A stretch of DNA of 64,000 nucleotides from a bacterium (GCA_005239955.1 SBAW01000011.1:6924-70923), one strand, 5' to 3'. Positions 50,001-60,001 are shown, numbered from the stretch's first letter. A program made the numbers and translations. Notes: generated from the letters alone by a model not told the origin.

Positions 50001-50594
50001 ATGCCCAAAATACATAATCCGAAAGAAGAAAAAACGTTTTTGATCATTAAGCCTGATGGCGTTCGTAAAGGACTCATTGGCGAAGTTATTAAACGACTTG
50101 AACAGCGCGACCTCAAAGTAGTCGCGCTTGAGATGTTTCATCCCAACCGCGCGGAGATGGACAATCACTATCCGAAAGACGAGAAATGGATTCGTCGCCT
50201 CGGAGAAAAGACCATGGCGACCTACGTGAAGTACGGTTATGACATTAAGAAAGATTTTGGTACGAGCGATCTTCTGCGTGTCGGGAAAACCGTTCGCGGG
50301 TGGCTTGTGGAGTTCATGATTTCGGCCCCGATGGTGAAGATGGTTGTCCAGGGCGTTCACGCAGTCGATATTGTGCGAAAAATTGTCGGTAAAACCATGC
50401 CATATGAAGCGGAAATGGGCACGATTCGTGGGGATTTCTCGGCCGATTCTCCGGCGCTCGCGAATACCGAGCGACGTGCCGTCTTTAACCTTGTTCATGC
50501 ATCAGAAACGCCGGAAGAGGCCAAGTACGAAATTAAACACTGGTTCCCCGGGCAGAAAATCTTTTCCTATAAACGCTTCGGGGTTGACGAATAA
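50001..50594 (+). CDS. ndk: nucleoside diphosphate kinase (with insertion)
   Basis: EKTFLIIKPDGVRKGLIGEVIKRLE…, active-site region …NLVHASET…. Confidence 0.85.
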   Translation: MPKIHNPKEEKTFLIIKPDGVRKGLIGEVIKRLEQRDLKVVALEMFHPNRAEMDNHYPKDEKWIRRLGEKTMATYVKYGYDIKKDFGTSDLLRVGKTVRGWLVEFMISAPMVKMVVQGVHAVDIVRKIVGKTMPYEAEMGTIRGDFSADSPALANTERRAVFNLVHASETPEEAKYEIKHWFPGQKIFSYKRFGVDE

Positions 50595-51042
50595 AAAGAT
50601 TCACTCTTGGGGCATGGGGTTTCAATGAAGCCAGGAAGCTTACCGTAGAAGCCTTTTCTCTCGGAGCCTATTGACGCGAGTGTCGCTTTTGTTTCTCATT
50701 TGCAAATAACGCTACTCAACTACGCACCTCTTGCTATACTTTTTGTAGGGTTACGTGGGGTTAAGTCTACTTTAACCCTTAGTCAGGGAGCTCTATATTT
50801 GGCAGTTGCTGACACTGGCGATTGCCGTGCGGGCACCCACCTGGTAATAATCGGGGACTAACTTCAGGTAACCCACCACAAGAACTTCTGGCTAGCGCCA
50901 GGAGTTTTTGTTTCTCCGGTCACTGATTTTGGCGTTTGATATTCTGCGGCGCCATCAATGTTCATGAGGGTCGAGTACTGCGTATAACTCCTTTATACAT
51001 CTGAACACGAACAGGCCATTTGCGCCGTTACGGCAAAATCCT

Positions 51043-51474
51043 GTGCACGGGATTTTTCTGATACACTCAATTCGCATGCTGCGAACACCGTACTTCAAAC
51101 TATTCTTTTCGGCTATGGTTCTCTGGGGCGTTCTCAATCAGTTTGCTATTGAACTGCATTGGTACTGGACATTCTGGTGGTTCGATATCCTCATGCATGC
51201 CATGGGTGGGTTTATTGTGGCACTCGGCGGCCTCATCTTTTTTATTTCCTCTCCTCTTGTTGACCGACTGCTCCTGCGCCGCTCGCCACTTTTTGCTGCG
51301 GTCATCGGTTCTGGAGGCATGGGGCTCCTGTGGGAAGCGTACGAAGCGATGGTCGGCATTATTGATCTTCCGGAATATCTCCCCGACAGTGTTTTTGATG
51401 TCAGCGCAGGACTTGCCGGTGGTCTTGTTGCCTATCTCCTCATTGTTCACCACCGTCGCGCCGTATCGCCATGA
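51043..51474 (+). CDS. hypothetical polytopic membrane protein
   Basis: 4 predicted TM helices. Overlaps the start of the next gene. Confidence 0.45.
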   Translation: MHGIFLIHSIRMLRTPYFKLFFSAMVLWGVLNQFAIELHWYWTFWWFDILMHAMGGFIVALGGLIFFISSPLVDRLLLRRSPLFAAVIGSGGMGLLWEAYEAMVGIIDLPEYLPDSVFDVSAGLAGGLVAYLLIVHHRRAVSP

Positions 51475-52817
51475 AACTTACTTTCGTAAGTGGCGCAGGA
51501 ACCGTTACGGGGGCTAATTTTCTTCTTGAAGATGGAGCGGAAAAGTACCTCGTTGATTGCGGACTACTGCAGGGGTGTGCGTACTGCGAACCGCATAACT
51601 ACGATCCCTTCCCCTATGATCCTGCATCCATTACCGCCCTCTTTGTCACCCATGCACATGTCGATCATATTGGCAGGATTCCCAAGCTCGTGCGGGATGG
51701 TTTCCGCGGTACCATTTACTCAACTGCGGCAACGCGCGACCTCGCCACGCTTATGCTTGCCGATACACTCGACATTCTCGGAATGGAGGCACGCCAGTCT
51801 CATCGCCCACCGCTCTTTCATCGGACGGATATTGATATGGCTCTCTCGCTCTGGAAAGAAATAGAATATGACAAGCTCATTGCACTTCATAACAATCTTT
51901 TGGCGACATTTCTCGACGCGGGACATATTCTCGGCTCCGCCATGGTCCGTATAGCGCGCGGGAAGCGCTCAATCCTTTTTTCTGGCGATATCGGGAACCA
52001 CCATGCGGCACTCCTCCCTGAAGCCGACGTTGTCTCTGATGCAACCTATCTGGTGATGGAAAGTGTGTATGGCAATCGCTCACACGACACGAGCGCTTCA
52101 CGAACCGAGCGGCTTTTGCGTGCAGTAAAGGGCGGGATTTCGCGCGGGGGCACCATTCTTATCCCTGCATTTTCTATGGAGCGTACCCAAGATATCCTCT
52201 TTGATCTCCGCACGCTCATTGAATCGAAAAATCTTCCGCCCATTCCGGTATACGTCGATTCACCGCTTGCAGCCGCCGTAACGGAAGTCTTCGAGCATCA
52301 TCGGACCCTGCTGCGACCCGACATTGCCTCCCGAAAAGGGCCTCTTTTTTCGTTTCCTGGCCTCACCATAGTAGGGGATAACGATAAATCGCACGCGATC
52401 CGTACACGCGGAAATCCCAAAATAATTCTCGCCGGGTCAGGGATGTCTCAGGGTGGGCGGGTGCTTTCTCATGAAGCAGCACTTCTGCCACACCAGGAGA
52501 ATTCACTCGTACTGGTTGGGTACCAGGCCGCCGGAAGTCTCGGGCGAACCCTTGAAGAGGGAGCAAAACGAGTCTCTATTTTGGGGAGGGATGTTCGGGT
52601 AAAAGCTCATGTCGAGCGTATTACCGGCTATTCCGGCCATCGCGATCAACACGGCCTCGTTGAATTTGTTGAACCTCTCACAAAAAGCCTTGAGCGGGTA
52701 TTTGTGGTCATGGGAGAGCCGGGAGCGTCACTCCATCTCGCGCAACGACTCCATGATTACCTCGGCATGAATGTCCATGTCCCCGAAAAAGGGGGAAGCG
52801 TTGATATCGATCTCTAG
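51471..52817 (+). CDS. MBL-fold beta-CASP family RNA-metabolising hydrolase
   Basis: HAHVDHIG zinc motif, beta-CASP motifs, …ITGYSGHRDQHGLVEFVE… C-terminal signature. Confidence 0.75.
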   Translation: MKLTFVSGAGTVTGANFLLEDGAEKYLVDCGLLQGCAYCEPHNYDPFPYDPASITALFVTHAHVDHIGRIPKLVRDGFRGTIYSTAATRDLATLMLADTLDILGMEARQSHRPPLFHRTDIDMALSLWKEIEYDKLIALHNNLLATFLDAGHILGSAMVRIARGKRSILFSGDIGNHHAALLPEADVVSDATYLVMESVYGNRSHDTSASRTERLLRAVKGGISRGGTILIPAFSMERTQDILFDLRTLIESKNLPPIPVYVDSPLAAAVTEVFEHHRTLLRPDIASRKGPLFSFPGLTIVGDNDKSHAIRTRGNPKIILAGSGMSQGGRVLSHEAALLPHQENSLVLVGYQAAGSLGRTLEEGAKRVSILGRDVRVKAHVERITGYSGHRDQHGLVEFVEPLTKSLERVFVVMGEPGASLHLAQRLHDYLGMNVHVPEKGGSVDIDL

Positions 52818-52844
52818 TTTTGTGGTACGATTGTTGCCATTGGT

Positions 52845-53459
52845 ATGGCTGAAGGGAAAAGAGAACACCGAAAAATTAAACTGTGCGTTTCTGGTGCGGC
52901 GTCAACCGGCCACTGCGGCCTCAATGCGTATGAAAAAGGAAAGGAACTTGGGCGCGAAATTGTGCGCCAGGGCGGCATTCTCATTACCGGCGCCACGACC
53001 GGCTTCCCCCTGTGGTCCGCGATAGGCGCGAAGGAAGAGGGCGGCTTTAGCTTAGGTTTTTCACCGGCGGTTTCTGAGCGCGAGCATCTTGAAGTCTACA
53101 ATCTGCCACTCGATTACCTCGATGTGGTGGTCTATACCGGCTCGGGATTTGCCGGGCGTGACCTTCTCTTGGTGCGAAGCTCGGATGCCGTGCTGTTTGG
53201 CTGCGGCAGAATCGGGACACTCCATGAATTTTTGGTTTCCTACGTTGATAAAAAGCCGATCGGTATCCTTGAAGCGGAATGGGAGACTGACGAAGTTATC
53301 AAAACAATCGTGAAAAGCGGTCACTACGAAACGTCAAATATTATTTTTGATACCGACCCGAAAAAACTCGTCGAGCGTGTCACCGCGCTTGTGGAGGACA
53401 ATCGGAGGAAGGAGAAGCCGCTTGCGGCGCGACGCCTGCCCGGGCTTGTAGAAGCCTGA
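52845..53459 (+). CDS. LOG/TIGR00725-family (SLOG) Rossmann-fold protein
   Basis: …VSGAASTGHCG…GGILITGATTG…VVYTGSGFAGRD…LFGCGRIGTLHE… matches the PF03641-like pattern. Confidence 0.6.
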   Translation: MAEGKREHRKIKLCVSGAASTGHCGLNAYEKGKELGREIVRQGGILITGATTGFPLWSAIGAKEEGGFSLGFSPAVSEREHLEVYNLPLDYLDVVVYTGSGFAGRDLLLVRSSDAVLFGCGRIGTLHEFLVSYVDKKPIGILEAEWETDEVIKTIVKSGHYETSNIIFDTDPKKLVERVTALVEDNRRKEKPLAARRLPGLVEA

Positions 53460-53478
53460 CGCGGAGCTTAATGGACCA

Positions 53479-53521
53479 CAAACGCCGCCCTTCGACTATG
53501 CTCAGGGCGGCGTTTGTGTTT
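53479..53521. terminator. bidirectional terminator: 13-bp stem ACAAACGCCGCCC/GGGCGGCGTTTGT, then T-run
   Basis: Between the convergent LOG-like gene and rplT. Confidence 0.7.
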
Positions 53522-53526
53522 TTTGG

Positions 53527-53871
53527 TTAACGAACAGCCGCGAGAACTGCCTTAAAAGATGAGGGTGAGACTTCGGCGAGTTCTGAAAGCATCTTTCGAT
53601 TGAGCGCAATCTTATGCTTTTTTAGTGCGCCAATGAATTTGCTGTAGTTCATGCCTTCCGTTCGAAGGGCGGCATTGAGACGGATGTTCCACAGTGTACG
53701 AAAATCATTCTTTTTGACGCGTCGATGGGCGAACGCGTATTTACCCGCATGGACGATAGCCTCCTTTGCCGCGCGTTCTTTCTTTGAACGGGCAAAGCGA
53801 TAGCCTTTTACCTGTCGCAGAACATTGCGACGACGTTTTTGTGATGTGACTCCTCCTTTGACGCGTGCCAT
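53527..53871 (-). CDS. rplT: 50S ribosomal protein L20
   Basis: MARVKGGVTSQKRRRNVLRQVKGYRF…. Confidence 0.95.
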   Translation of the reverse strand: MARVKGGVTSQKRRRNVLRQVKGYRFARSKKERAAKEAIVHAGKYAFAHRRVKKNDFRTLWNIRLNAALRTEGMNYSKFIGALKKHKIALNRKMLSELAEVSPSSFKAVLAAVR

Positions 53872-53907
53872 AAAAGCTAGGTGTTAGGTAATAGGTAATG
53901 GGCAGAA

Positions 53908-54096
53908 CTAAAATTGACTAGGAAGAAAGCGGCGTTTCCGTTTGCCGGTCATGACAAGATGCACCGTCTTTTTCTTCCCCAGACGGTTGGTTTGTGAATC
54001 CTTGGCATTGAAATGGTTTTGGCCAGCCTTTCTGGCAATGATCTTGCCACGGCGGGTTACCTTGAGCCTTTTGGTGAATGATTTGTTTGTTTTCAT
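53908..54096 (-). CDS. rpmI: 50S ribosomal protein L35
   Basis: MKTNKSFTKRLKVTRRGKIIARKAGQNHFNAK…. Confidence 0.9.
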   Translation of the reverse strand: MKTNKSFTKRLKVTRRGKIIARKAGQNHFNAKDSQTNRLGKKKTVHLVMTGKRKRRFLPSQF

Positions 54097-54100
54097 GGCT

Positions 54101-54610
54101 TTATTTCGCCGCTTTCTCGATGATGGTCATGTAGCCCTTGAGGCTCTTCTCGGCGGGTGTGGCAATCTTATATGGCGCAGGGATTATTTTCAAGAACCGC
54201 TCCAATCGCTCCTTAAGAAAAGCCGGCTCCATGTATTTGTAGCGACCCCACAAGAAAAGGTCGATTTTTACCCGGTGACCTTCCCCAAGCCACTCTGACG
54301 CCCGTTTTGCTTTAAGCGCGAGATCATGTTCTCCCGTCCCGATCTTAATCTGGACGCTCTTGGTCTCAGTTACATGCGCTTTGGCTTTGGCCGCCTTTGC
54401 TTTTTTGTTCTCCGCATACTGATATTTCCCAAAATCCATGATTTTGGCGATCGGAGGAACCGCTGTTGGCGAGATTTCAATGAGATCGAGACCTGCGTCC
54501 TCCGCTTTTTGGAGCGCGTCGGAGAGGGATATCACACCGAAATTGGCGCCGTCAGCGCCAATAACCCGGAGTTCCCGTGCTCGTATTTGGTGATTTACTC
54601 GTACTCTATC
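54101..54610 (-). CDS. infC: translation initiation factor IF-3
   Basis: …IRARELRVIGADGANFGVISLSDALQKAEDAGLDLIEI… Start probably non-ATG (typical for infC); the ORF is open to 54679. Confidence 0.85.
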   Translation of the reverse strand, partial: DRVRVNHQIRARELRVIGADGANFGVISLSDALQKAEDAGLDLIEISPTAVPPIAKIMDFGKYQYAENKKAKAAKAKAHVTETKSVQIKIGTGEHDLALKAKRASEWLGEGHRVKIDLFLWGRYKYMEPAFLKERLERFLKIIPAPYKIATPAEKSLKGYMTIIEKAAK

Positions 54611-54831
54611 TGCCAACGCGCAAAAACTATAGCACCCCGCCCCACATTTTGCCAGCAAAATGTGGGGCGGGGTTGACACCGTTTCACTTTTTTATCTTTA
54701 TGTTATCCCCATTGTCGAGAGTATCTTTTTATGCGACGGTTGCCTATAGGGGACCGTTCCTCCCGGTCCCGGACGTGCGTTGAACTTTTTATAACGTGCA
54801 TTAGAGGAACCTCAAACAAAAGGGGCAAGTC

Positions 54832-55296
54832 ATGAGGCACATGCTTCGACTACTACTGCTTGTCGCCGTGGCGGTCTGCGCGTCGATGGGCCCGACCCCG
54901 GCCAATGCCCACAAGGAGTGGAACTGGATCGCCGAGGGCGACTGGCGTAACGAGGTGGAAAACAAAGGCTGCTGTACGCCGGACAACTGCCACGCTGGCG
55001 AGATTCTCGGTTGGCGGTGCGTTACCGAGAATGATGCCCGGGTCTGCTTCGTCACGATGCAGATGAAGGAAGGGCCGTTCGCGGGGAAGGATCCGGTCAG
55101 GATCCGCGTCGACGAAAGCGGCTTCCATAGGTATTCGGAAGACCGCGACCGGGTCTGCCACCTCGATCAGGCCATGGACGCGACCAAGTACTTCAGCCAC
55201 TATGGCACCTGCGTGTTCCGGATTCCGCGCATCGGCGAGAAACCGGATTCGCCACCGAATGGCCGCCCGATGCAAACCAAGTGGCACCACAACTAG
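54832..55296 (+). CDS. hypothetical secreted Cys-rich protein (154 aa), GC-rich islet
   Basis: Signal peptide MRHMLRLLLLVAVAVCASMGPTPANA, 8 Cys, about 62% GC. No family recognised. Confidence 0.45.
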   Translation: MRHMLRLLLLVAVAVCASMGPTPANAHKEWNWIAEGDWRNEVENKGCCTPDNCHAGEILGWRCVTENDARVCFVTMQMKEGPFAGKDPVRIRVDESGFHRYSEDRDRVCHLDQAMDATKYFSHYGTCVFRIPRIGEKPDSPPNGRPMQTKWHHN

Positions 55297-55406
55297 GCGT
55301 CAACGAGGAAGTGCCATGACCACTATTGGACACCGACCGGGCCCGCTCCGCGATCAACTTGATCGCATCGACAAAGGAGCGGGCCCGTATCGTTTTTTTA
55401 AATAAC

Positions 55407-55437
55407 AAAAGAACTCCGCGAGCGGAGTTCTTTTGTT
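55407..55437. terminator. bidirectional terminator AAAAGAACTCCGC-GA-GCGGAGTTCTTTT
   Basis: 9-bp stem flanked by A- and T-runs. Confidence 0.65.
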
Positions 55438-55439
55438 TC

Positions 55440-55461
55440 TGGTGGAGATGGGCGGAATCGA
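55440..55461 (-). repeat. 22-nt exact direct copy of the tmRNA 3' end (TCGATTCCGCCCATCTCCACCA on the minus strand)
   Basis: Identical to 55616-55637. Lies 154 bp downstream (minus sense) of the genuine tmRNA terminus. Confidence 0.7.
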
Positions 55462-55615
55462 CATACCAAGTCGCTAATTCACTCCGCTCATAAGCGCTTG
55501 CCGGCCCGCCTCGCGGTCGCGGTGCGACCTCGCTGCGGCCGTTCGATTCCAACGAATGCGTCGCATTCTCCCATCGACAAATGAAAAAGCCCCCAGAAGG
55601 GAGCTTTTTCATTTG

Positions 55616-56010
55616 TGGTGGAGATGGGCGGAATCGAACCGCCGTTCAATGATGATTACCAGTGCGATCTTCAGTGTATAGATTGTCTTATATCTTTCAG
55701 CCTATCCTGTGAGAGACAATCAGAACCAGGATAGGCTAAAGTCCTTAGTCTCGACGCCGTGCGCGGACAACACGGTTCGCAGCCTCATGATATTACGCCC
55801 AGTCAAAGCTATGAGGCGTTGCCTTGATAGACGTCACTTAGGCCGTAGCGTAAGCGAAAGCAAAGCTGTTCCCCGAGAAATACGGAGAAACAAGTGATTT
55901 TGCCCGTGAAACTAGATTGTTTGCACGTGTGGTTTCCGGATTTTTACGAAGTTCCGGACTTCGACACTGCACGCAGGAGGTGCACGTCATTGTCTAGGCC
56001 GATCATCCCC
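55616..56010 (-). ncRNA. ssrA: tmRNA (SsrA), about 395 nt
   Basis: Minus strand: 5' GGGGAUG pairs with 3' CAUCUCC-A-CCA (G3·U70). Canonical T-arm GGCGG-UUCGAUU-CCGCC, encoded CCA. In-frame tag-like segment …GGG AAC AGC UUU GCU UUC GCU UAC GCU ACG GCC UAA (G N S F A F A Y A T A *) at about 55838-55873. smpB lies 120 bp away. Terminator hairpin AGCUCCC-UUCU-GGGGGCU + U-run follows the 3' end. Confidence 0.7.
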
Positions 56011-56132
56011 CGAGCGGGATCGACGATCAATGCTATTGATGATTCTCGCGATTCTTGTTCTGTCAGAAATGATCAGTTGTTCAGAATAATCGGAGAGTGA
56101 ATCCCACTCGGCGAACGGCCGGCCTAGATAAT

Positions 56133-56579
56133 TTAGTATTTCGTTTTCAACGAACGCTCCATAGATCGCTTTTCTTCCCGCGCCGCAATAGTCTGACGTT
56201 TGTCGTGCTTTTTCTTTCCTCGCACAACCGCGATCTGGAGTTTCAACTTGTGCCCCTTATTATACACCGAAACAGGGATAATTGTCAATCCCTTTTGGTG
56301 CTCATAGCCCCCCAGCTCCCCAATCTCCTTTTTGGTAAGGAGGAGGCGCCTGGGACGCGCCTCATCATAACTCTGCGGAGTGTTTTTCGGCTGATAGGGG
56401 GGAATGGCCATTCCCACAACAAACACCTCACCGCCGCGCACGAGTACCCGGCCACCTTCAAGTTTTCCATGCTTGTCTCGGAGTGCTTTCACCTCAAAGC
56501 CAAAAAGCTCTACACCGGCATCGTACTCGGCGAGAAATTCGTAGTTAAGGCGCGCTTTCTTGTTTTCTATCAGGCTCAT
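56133..56579 (-). CDS. smpB: SsrA-binding protein SmpB
   Basis: …NKKARLNYEFLAEYDAGVELFGFEVKALR…RPRRLLLTKKEI…GKKKHDKRQ… canonical SmpB. Confidence 0.9.
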   Translation of the reverse strand: MSLIENKKARLNYEFLAEYDAGVELFGFEVKALRDKHGKLEGGRVLVRGGEVFVVGMAIPPYQPKNTPQSYDEARPRRLLLTKKEIGELGGYEHQKGLTIIPVSVYNKGHKLKLQIAVVRGKKKHDKRQTIAAREEKRSMERSLKTKY

Positions 56580-56744
56580 CCGGTAGTGAAATTTCTGCTT
56601 AGTAAATTAACGGCACTTCTGTGTACACGGAGTACCGGCGTACCTCTCAAAAATCGAGCTCAATCACTTACTGCACTTCGTGCGAGCCGAAATTCTACTA
56701 CCGGACTCACGCGCTGAATATAGCACGGCTTTTAAGACGGATGA

Positions 56745-57605
56745 CTAGCCGAGGAGACTGATCAACTCTTTCCGATATCGCATGGCGTCACTGATACCAG
56801 CACCAAACGAGAGCTGCAGTTTTTCTTTGTTACGTGTTGTGACATGAGCGGGCAGACGGTCGGCCGTCACACACAAAGTAGCGCCCGCTTCTTGGCACGG
56901 TGTTAAGGAAGCGAGGTCGTGCGAGATGGCGCGACGAAGACCTGGTGAAGAGAAAAGCCCATACAGGTGCAGCGCATACTGTACGAGCCGCCCTGCGTGG
57001 CGGTGGTCGTCAACAACCACAATTGAAGTTGCGCCGCGTCGCCTCGCTTCTCTGATATGGTCAGAAAGTGTGGGGCCGATTTCCCCATCGATATAGCGCC
57101 GTCCTTTCAATGTAATTTTTTTCCCGTAGAGATAAGGAATAGCTTTTGCTGCTCGCAAGAGTTCAAAGGGGTCGACAAGGCCGCTTCTCCAGTACTGCGT
57201 TTTCCCCGTTTTGGCGTTAGTGGTCGGGATGAGGCAGATGCTTTTTGTTTTCTCGAGCGCCGCAACGTCAAGTGGCAACCGTTTCTTGAATACCTCATCA
57301 ATCAAATAGTCGACGTCCATGATATGGCGAAGGCGGCGAAATGAAATAAAATCGGGCGCCCACGTGTCGTACTCCGTCCAAATCGAGCGCAAATAATCGT
57401 ACTGTCCGGCCGCAAAATAGAGAGCGTTCCCCGCATTCCCCGATGTTCCAATAAGGATATCGGGCGCCGTAATGCCAAGTTCCGCACCGAGGCAATAGAG
57501 GAATCCGGCGCCATGGGCGCTCCGCATGCCGCCCCCGGTGAGAATAAGCGCTGTCTTGCCGCGGTCAGAACCCATAATGGCGCAATGTACGGAAATTAAG
57601 GGCAC
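56745..57605 (-). CDS. patatin-like phospholipase family protein
   Basis: LTGGGMRSAHGAG oxyanion motif, GTSGN (GxSxG), catalytic Asp in YIDGEIG. Confidence 0.7.
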   Translation of the reverse strand: MPLISVHCAIMGSDRGKTALILTGGGMRSAHGAGFLYCLGAELGITAPDILIGTSGNAGNALYFAAGQYDYLRSIWTEYDTWAPDFISFRRLRHIMDVDYLIDEVFKKRLPLDVAALEKTKSICLIPTTNAKTGKTQYWRSGLVDPFELLRAAKAIPYLYGKKITLKGRRYIDGEIGPTLSDHIREARRRGATSIVVVDDHRHAGRLVQYALHLYGLFSSPGLRRAISHDLASLTPCQEAGATLCVTADRLPAHVTTRNKEKLQLSFGAGISDAMRYRKELISLLG

Positions 57606-57996
57606 TGTTGAGATAAAAACTCATGAACCCGGCGACAATGGATGCGGCAACGCGAGCGATATATACGTTTACCGCAAAAAATTCAACGAGTAGGGTGACA
57701 GTCGAAAGGACAAGAAGAAGGCTCGAGAAAAGGATAAGGAGAAAATATACATATCCAGTTCCAAGTGGTCGGGGACTGCCGCGAAACACCCATGCGCGGC
57801 ATAACCCATAGTGAGCCGTTGCCGCAATCACAAACGCGAGTGGTACCGCCACATAATAGGGAAGCGAGAGCAGGGTTATGAAAAAATATAAAAGGGTGAG
57901 ATCAAAAAGAAAGGATGAGATGCCGGAGGCTCCATAACGAACCAGCTGATGGAGAATTGAAAAAAGGTTACGAAGTGGCATTGCGGCGACTTTCAT
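57565..57996 (-). CDS. GtrA-family small membrane protein
   Basis: LVRYGASGISSFLFDLTLLYFF…, 4 TM helices, …RAWVF… motif. Confidence 0.6.
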   Translation of the reverse strand: MKVAAMPLRNLFSILHQLVRYGASGISSFLFDLTLLYFFITLLSLPYYVAVPLAFVIAATAHYGLCRAWVFRGSPRPLGTGYVYFLLILFSSLLLVLSTVTLLVEFFAVNVYIARVAASIVAGFMSFYLNSALNFRTLRHYGF

Positions 57997-58057
57997 CGTC
58001 GGTATTGGGCGAGACTGTTAAATGTAGAAAAATACGATATAGTACACTCCATTCTCT

Positions 58058-60001
58058 ATGGAAACTCCCCCAAATCATAGCCCGAAAAGCCCAAAAACAC
58101 CCCGCGGGAGGGGGAAGCTGTCCTTACCGCCCCGTCAACCCTTCTGGGTCAATTTTGGGTCAACCATCCTCATTTTCCTCCTTCTGGTGAGTCTCTACTC
58201 ATTCCTTTCCGACCGTGGTGAAGAGACGCAAGTCGTCCCTCTCTCGCAACTCGCGAGCGATATCACTTCCGGCTCTGTAACGAGCGTTAAAGTTTCAGGC
58301 GACGATCTCACCATTATCTACCAAGACGCCACCGAGAAGACATCAAAGAAGGAACCAGGGACGGCACTCTCCGACACGCTCTCAAACTATGGCGTAACGG
58401 CTGAATCACTGAAGAGTGTGGCGATCTCCATTGAAGAGGAAGGCGGTTTCCGGTTTTGGTTCCTGAGTCTAGCACCCTTCCTTCTGCCACTTCTTCTTAT
58501 TGGATTCTTTTTGTGGTTTCTCTCGCGGCAAGTGCGAGGTGCCGGCATGCAGGCGTTCACCTTCGGACAAAGCAAGGCGCGCGTCATTGACCCCAACGAC
58601 AAAAATCAGCGGGTGACCTTTAAAGATGTTGCGGGCGCAAAAGAAGCAAAAGAAGAACTCACCGAAATTGTTGACTTTCTCAAAAATCCTAAAAAATTTC
58701 TCGACATTGGTGCGCGGATCCCCAAAGGCATCCTTCTTATGGGTGCCCCGGGAACCGGAAAGACCTTGCTTGCGCGCGCGGTTGCGGGAGAGGCGGGTGT
58801 ACCATTCTTTTCTATCTCTGGTTCTGAGTTCGTTGAAATGTTTGTTGGTGTCGGCGCATCACGCGTCCGCGATCTCTTTAAACTCGCGAAAAAAGCCGCG
58901 CCCGCGATTATTTTCGTTGATGAAATTGACGCGGTGGGGCGCGTGCGCGGCACGGGAGTAGGGGGCGGCAACGATGAGCGTGAACAAACACTCAACCAAA
59001 TTCTCGTTGAGATGGACGGCTTTGAGCCCAATGAAAAAGTCATTGTCATGGCGGCAACGAACCGCCCCGACGTGCTTGACCCAGCACTCCTGCGGCCCGG
59101 CCGCTTTGACCGACGCGTCACGATTGACCTTCCTGACAGAGGTGACCGCGAAGAAATTCTCGCCATTCACACCCGCGAGAAGCCTTTGGGTGAAGATGTG
59201 AACCTTAAGGTTATTGCCGAGCGCACCCCCGGGTTCTCCGGCGCCGATCTTTACTCCCTTATGAACGAAGGAGCCATCCTTGCGGCACGCGAGAATCGCA
59301 AACAAGTGACGCAGTACGACCTCATTCGCTCAATTGAAAAGGTGATGCTCGGGCCCGAGCGCAAATCCCACGTCATGAATAAGAAGGAAAAGGAGATTAC
59401 CGCGTACCACGAAGGTGGGCACGCGCTCGTCTCCTCGGTTCTTTCCTATGCCGACCCGGTTCATAAAATTTCAATCATTTCTCGCGGCCGTGCTGCGGGG
59501 TATACGCTGAAGCTCCCCTTTGAAGACAAAAAAATGCAAAGCAAACGAGAGTTTCTCGACGACATTGCGTCTGCCTTGGGCGGCTACGTCGCCGAAGAGC
59601 TTACTTTTGGCGATATTACAACTGGTCCTCACAACGATCTTCAAGTTGCGACGGCGCTTGCGCGCGACATGGTGACGCGCTACGGCATGTCAGGAAAGGT
59701 GGGTGCCATGGCGCTTGAGGGAGAAGGGGGTCGCGCACTTTTTGGCCGTGGTATTCCCGAGCGCGGCGAATACTCAGAAAAAATGTCTGCGGAAATTGAC
59801 GGGGAAGTAAAGCGGATCATGGATGAAGCGCACAAGCGTGCAACAGACATCATCACGAAGCATCGCGATGCACTCAAAGCCATTGCCAGAAAACTTACTG
59901 AAGTAGAAACTATTGAACGCGAGGAATTCGAGAAGATTCTCGTGCTTCACGGCATTGAGCCGAAGCGTAAGTTAGACATCGAACACCAACCTATCGCTTG
60001 A
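58058..60001 (+). CDS. ftsH: ATP-dependent zinc metalloprotease FtsH
   Basis: Two N-terminal TM helices, AAA Walker [17 protein letters not shown] zinc motif. Confidence 0.95.
   Translation: METPPNHSPKSPKTPRGRGKLSLPPRQPFWVNFGSTILIFLLLVSLYSFLSDRGEETQVVPLSQLASDITSGSVTSVKVSGDDLTIIYQDATEKTSKKEPGTALSDTLSNYGVTAESLKSVAISIEEEGGFRFWFLSLAPFLLPLLLIGFFLWFLSRQVRGAGMQAFTFGQSKARVIDPNDKNQRVTFKDVAGAKEAKEELTEIVDFLKNPKKFLDIGARIPKGILLMGAPGTGKTLLARAVAGEAGVPFFSISGSEFVEMFVGVGASRVRDLFKLAKKAAPAIIFVDEIDAVGRVRGTGVGGGNDEREQTLNQILVEMDGFEPNEKVIVMAATNRPDVLDPALLRPGRFDRRVTIDLPDRGDREEILAIHTREKPLGEDVNLKVIAERTPGFSGADLYSLMNEGAILAARENRKQVTQYDLIRSIEKVMLGPERKSHVMNKKEKEITAYHEGGHALVSSVLSYADPVHKISIISRGRAAGYTLKLPFEDKKMQSKREFLDDIASALGGYVAEELTFGDITTGPHNDLQVATALARDMVTRYGMSGKVGAMALEGEGGRALFGRGIPERGEYSEKMSAEIDGEVKRIMDEAHKRATDIITKHRDALKAIARKLTEVETIEREEFEKILVLHGIEPKRKLDIEHQPIA

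Noticed and set aside
50626-50760. tmRNA-like 5' end (GGGGCAUGGGGUUUCAAUG…) and candidate tag frame (GCA AAU AAC GCU…) after ndk
   Set aside because: No matching 3' acceptor strand, T-arm or ACCA. The tag frame lacks a plausible ending. A much better tmRNA candidate with adjacent smpB exists at 55616..56010. The region is kept only as 'possible unknown structured RNA'.
55440-55575. Second tRNA/tmRNA gene suggested by the repeated …TCGATTCCGCCCATCTCCACCA 3' end
   Set aside because: Only the last 22 nt are tRNA-like. The upstream T-stem does not pair (GGUAU vs CCGCC) and no 5' acceptor strand exists. Interpreted as a duplicated 3'-end fragment, not a gene.
55709-56100. Small + strand ORFs (62 and 68 aa) between the tmRNA 3' region and smpB
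   Set aside because: They lie within, or antisense to, the candidate tmRNA; no RBS or motifs.
58606-59305. 186-aa and 148-aa - strand ORFs inside ftsH
   Set aside because: Antisense to FtsH; Ser/Arg/Pro-rich, typical GC-frame artefacts.
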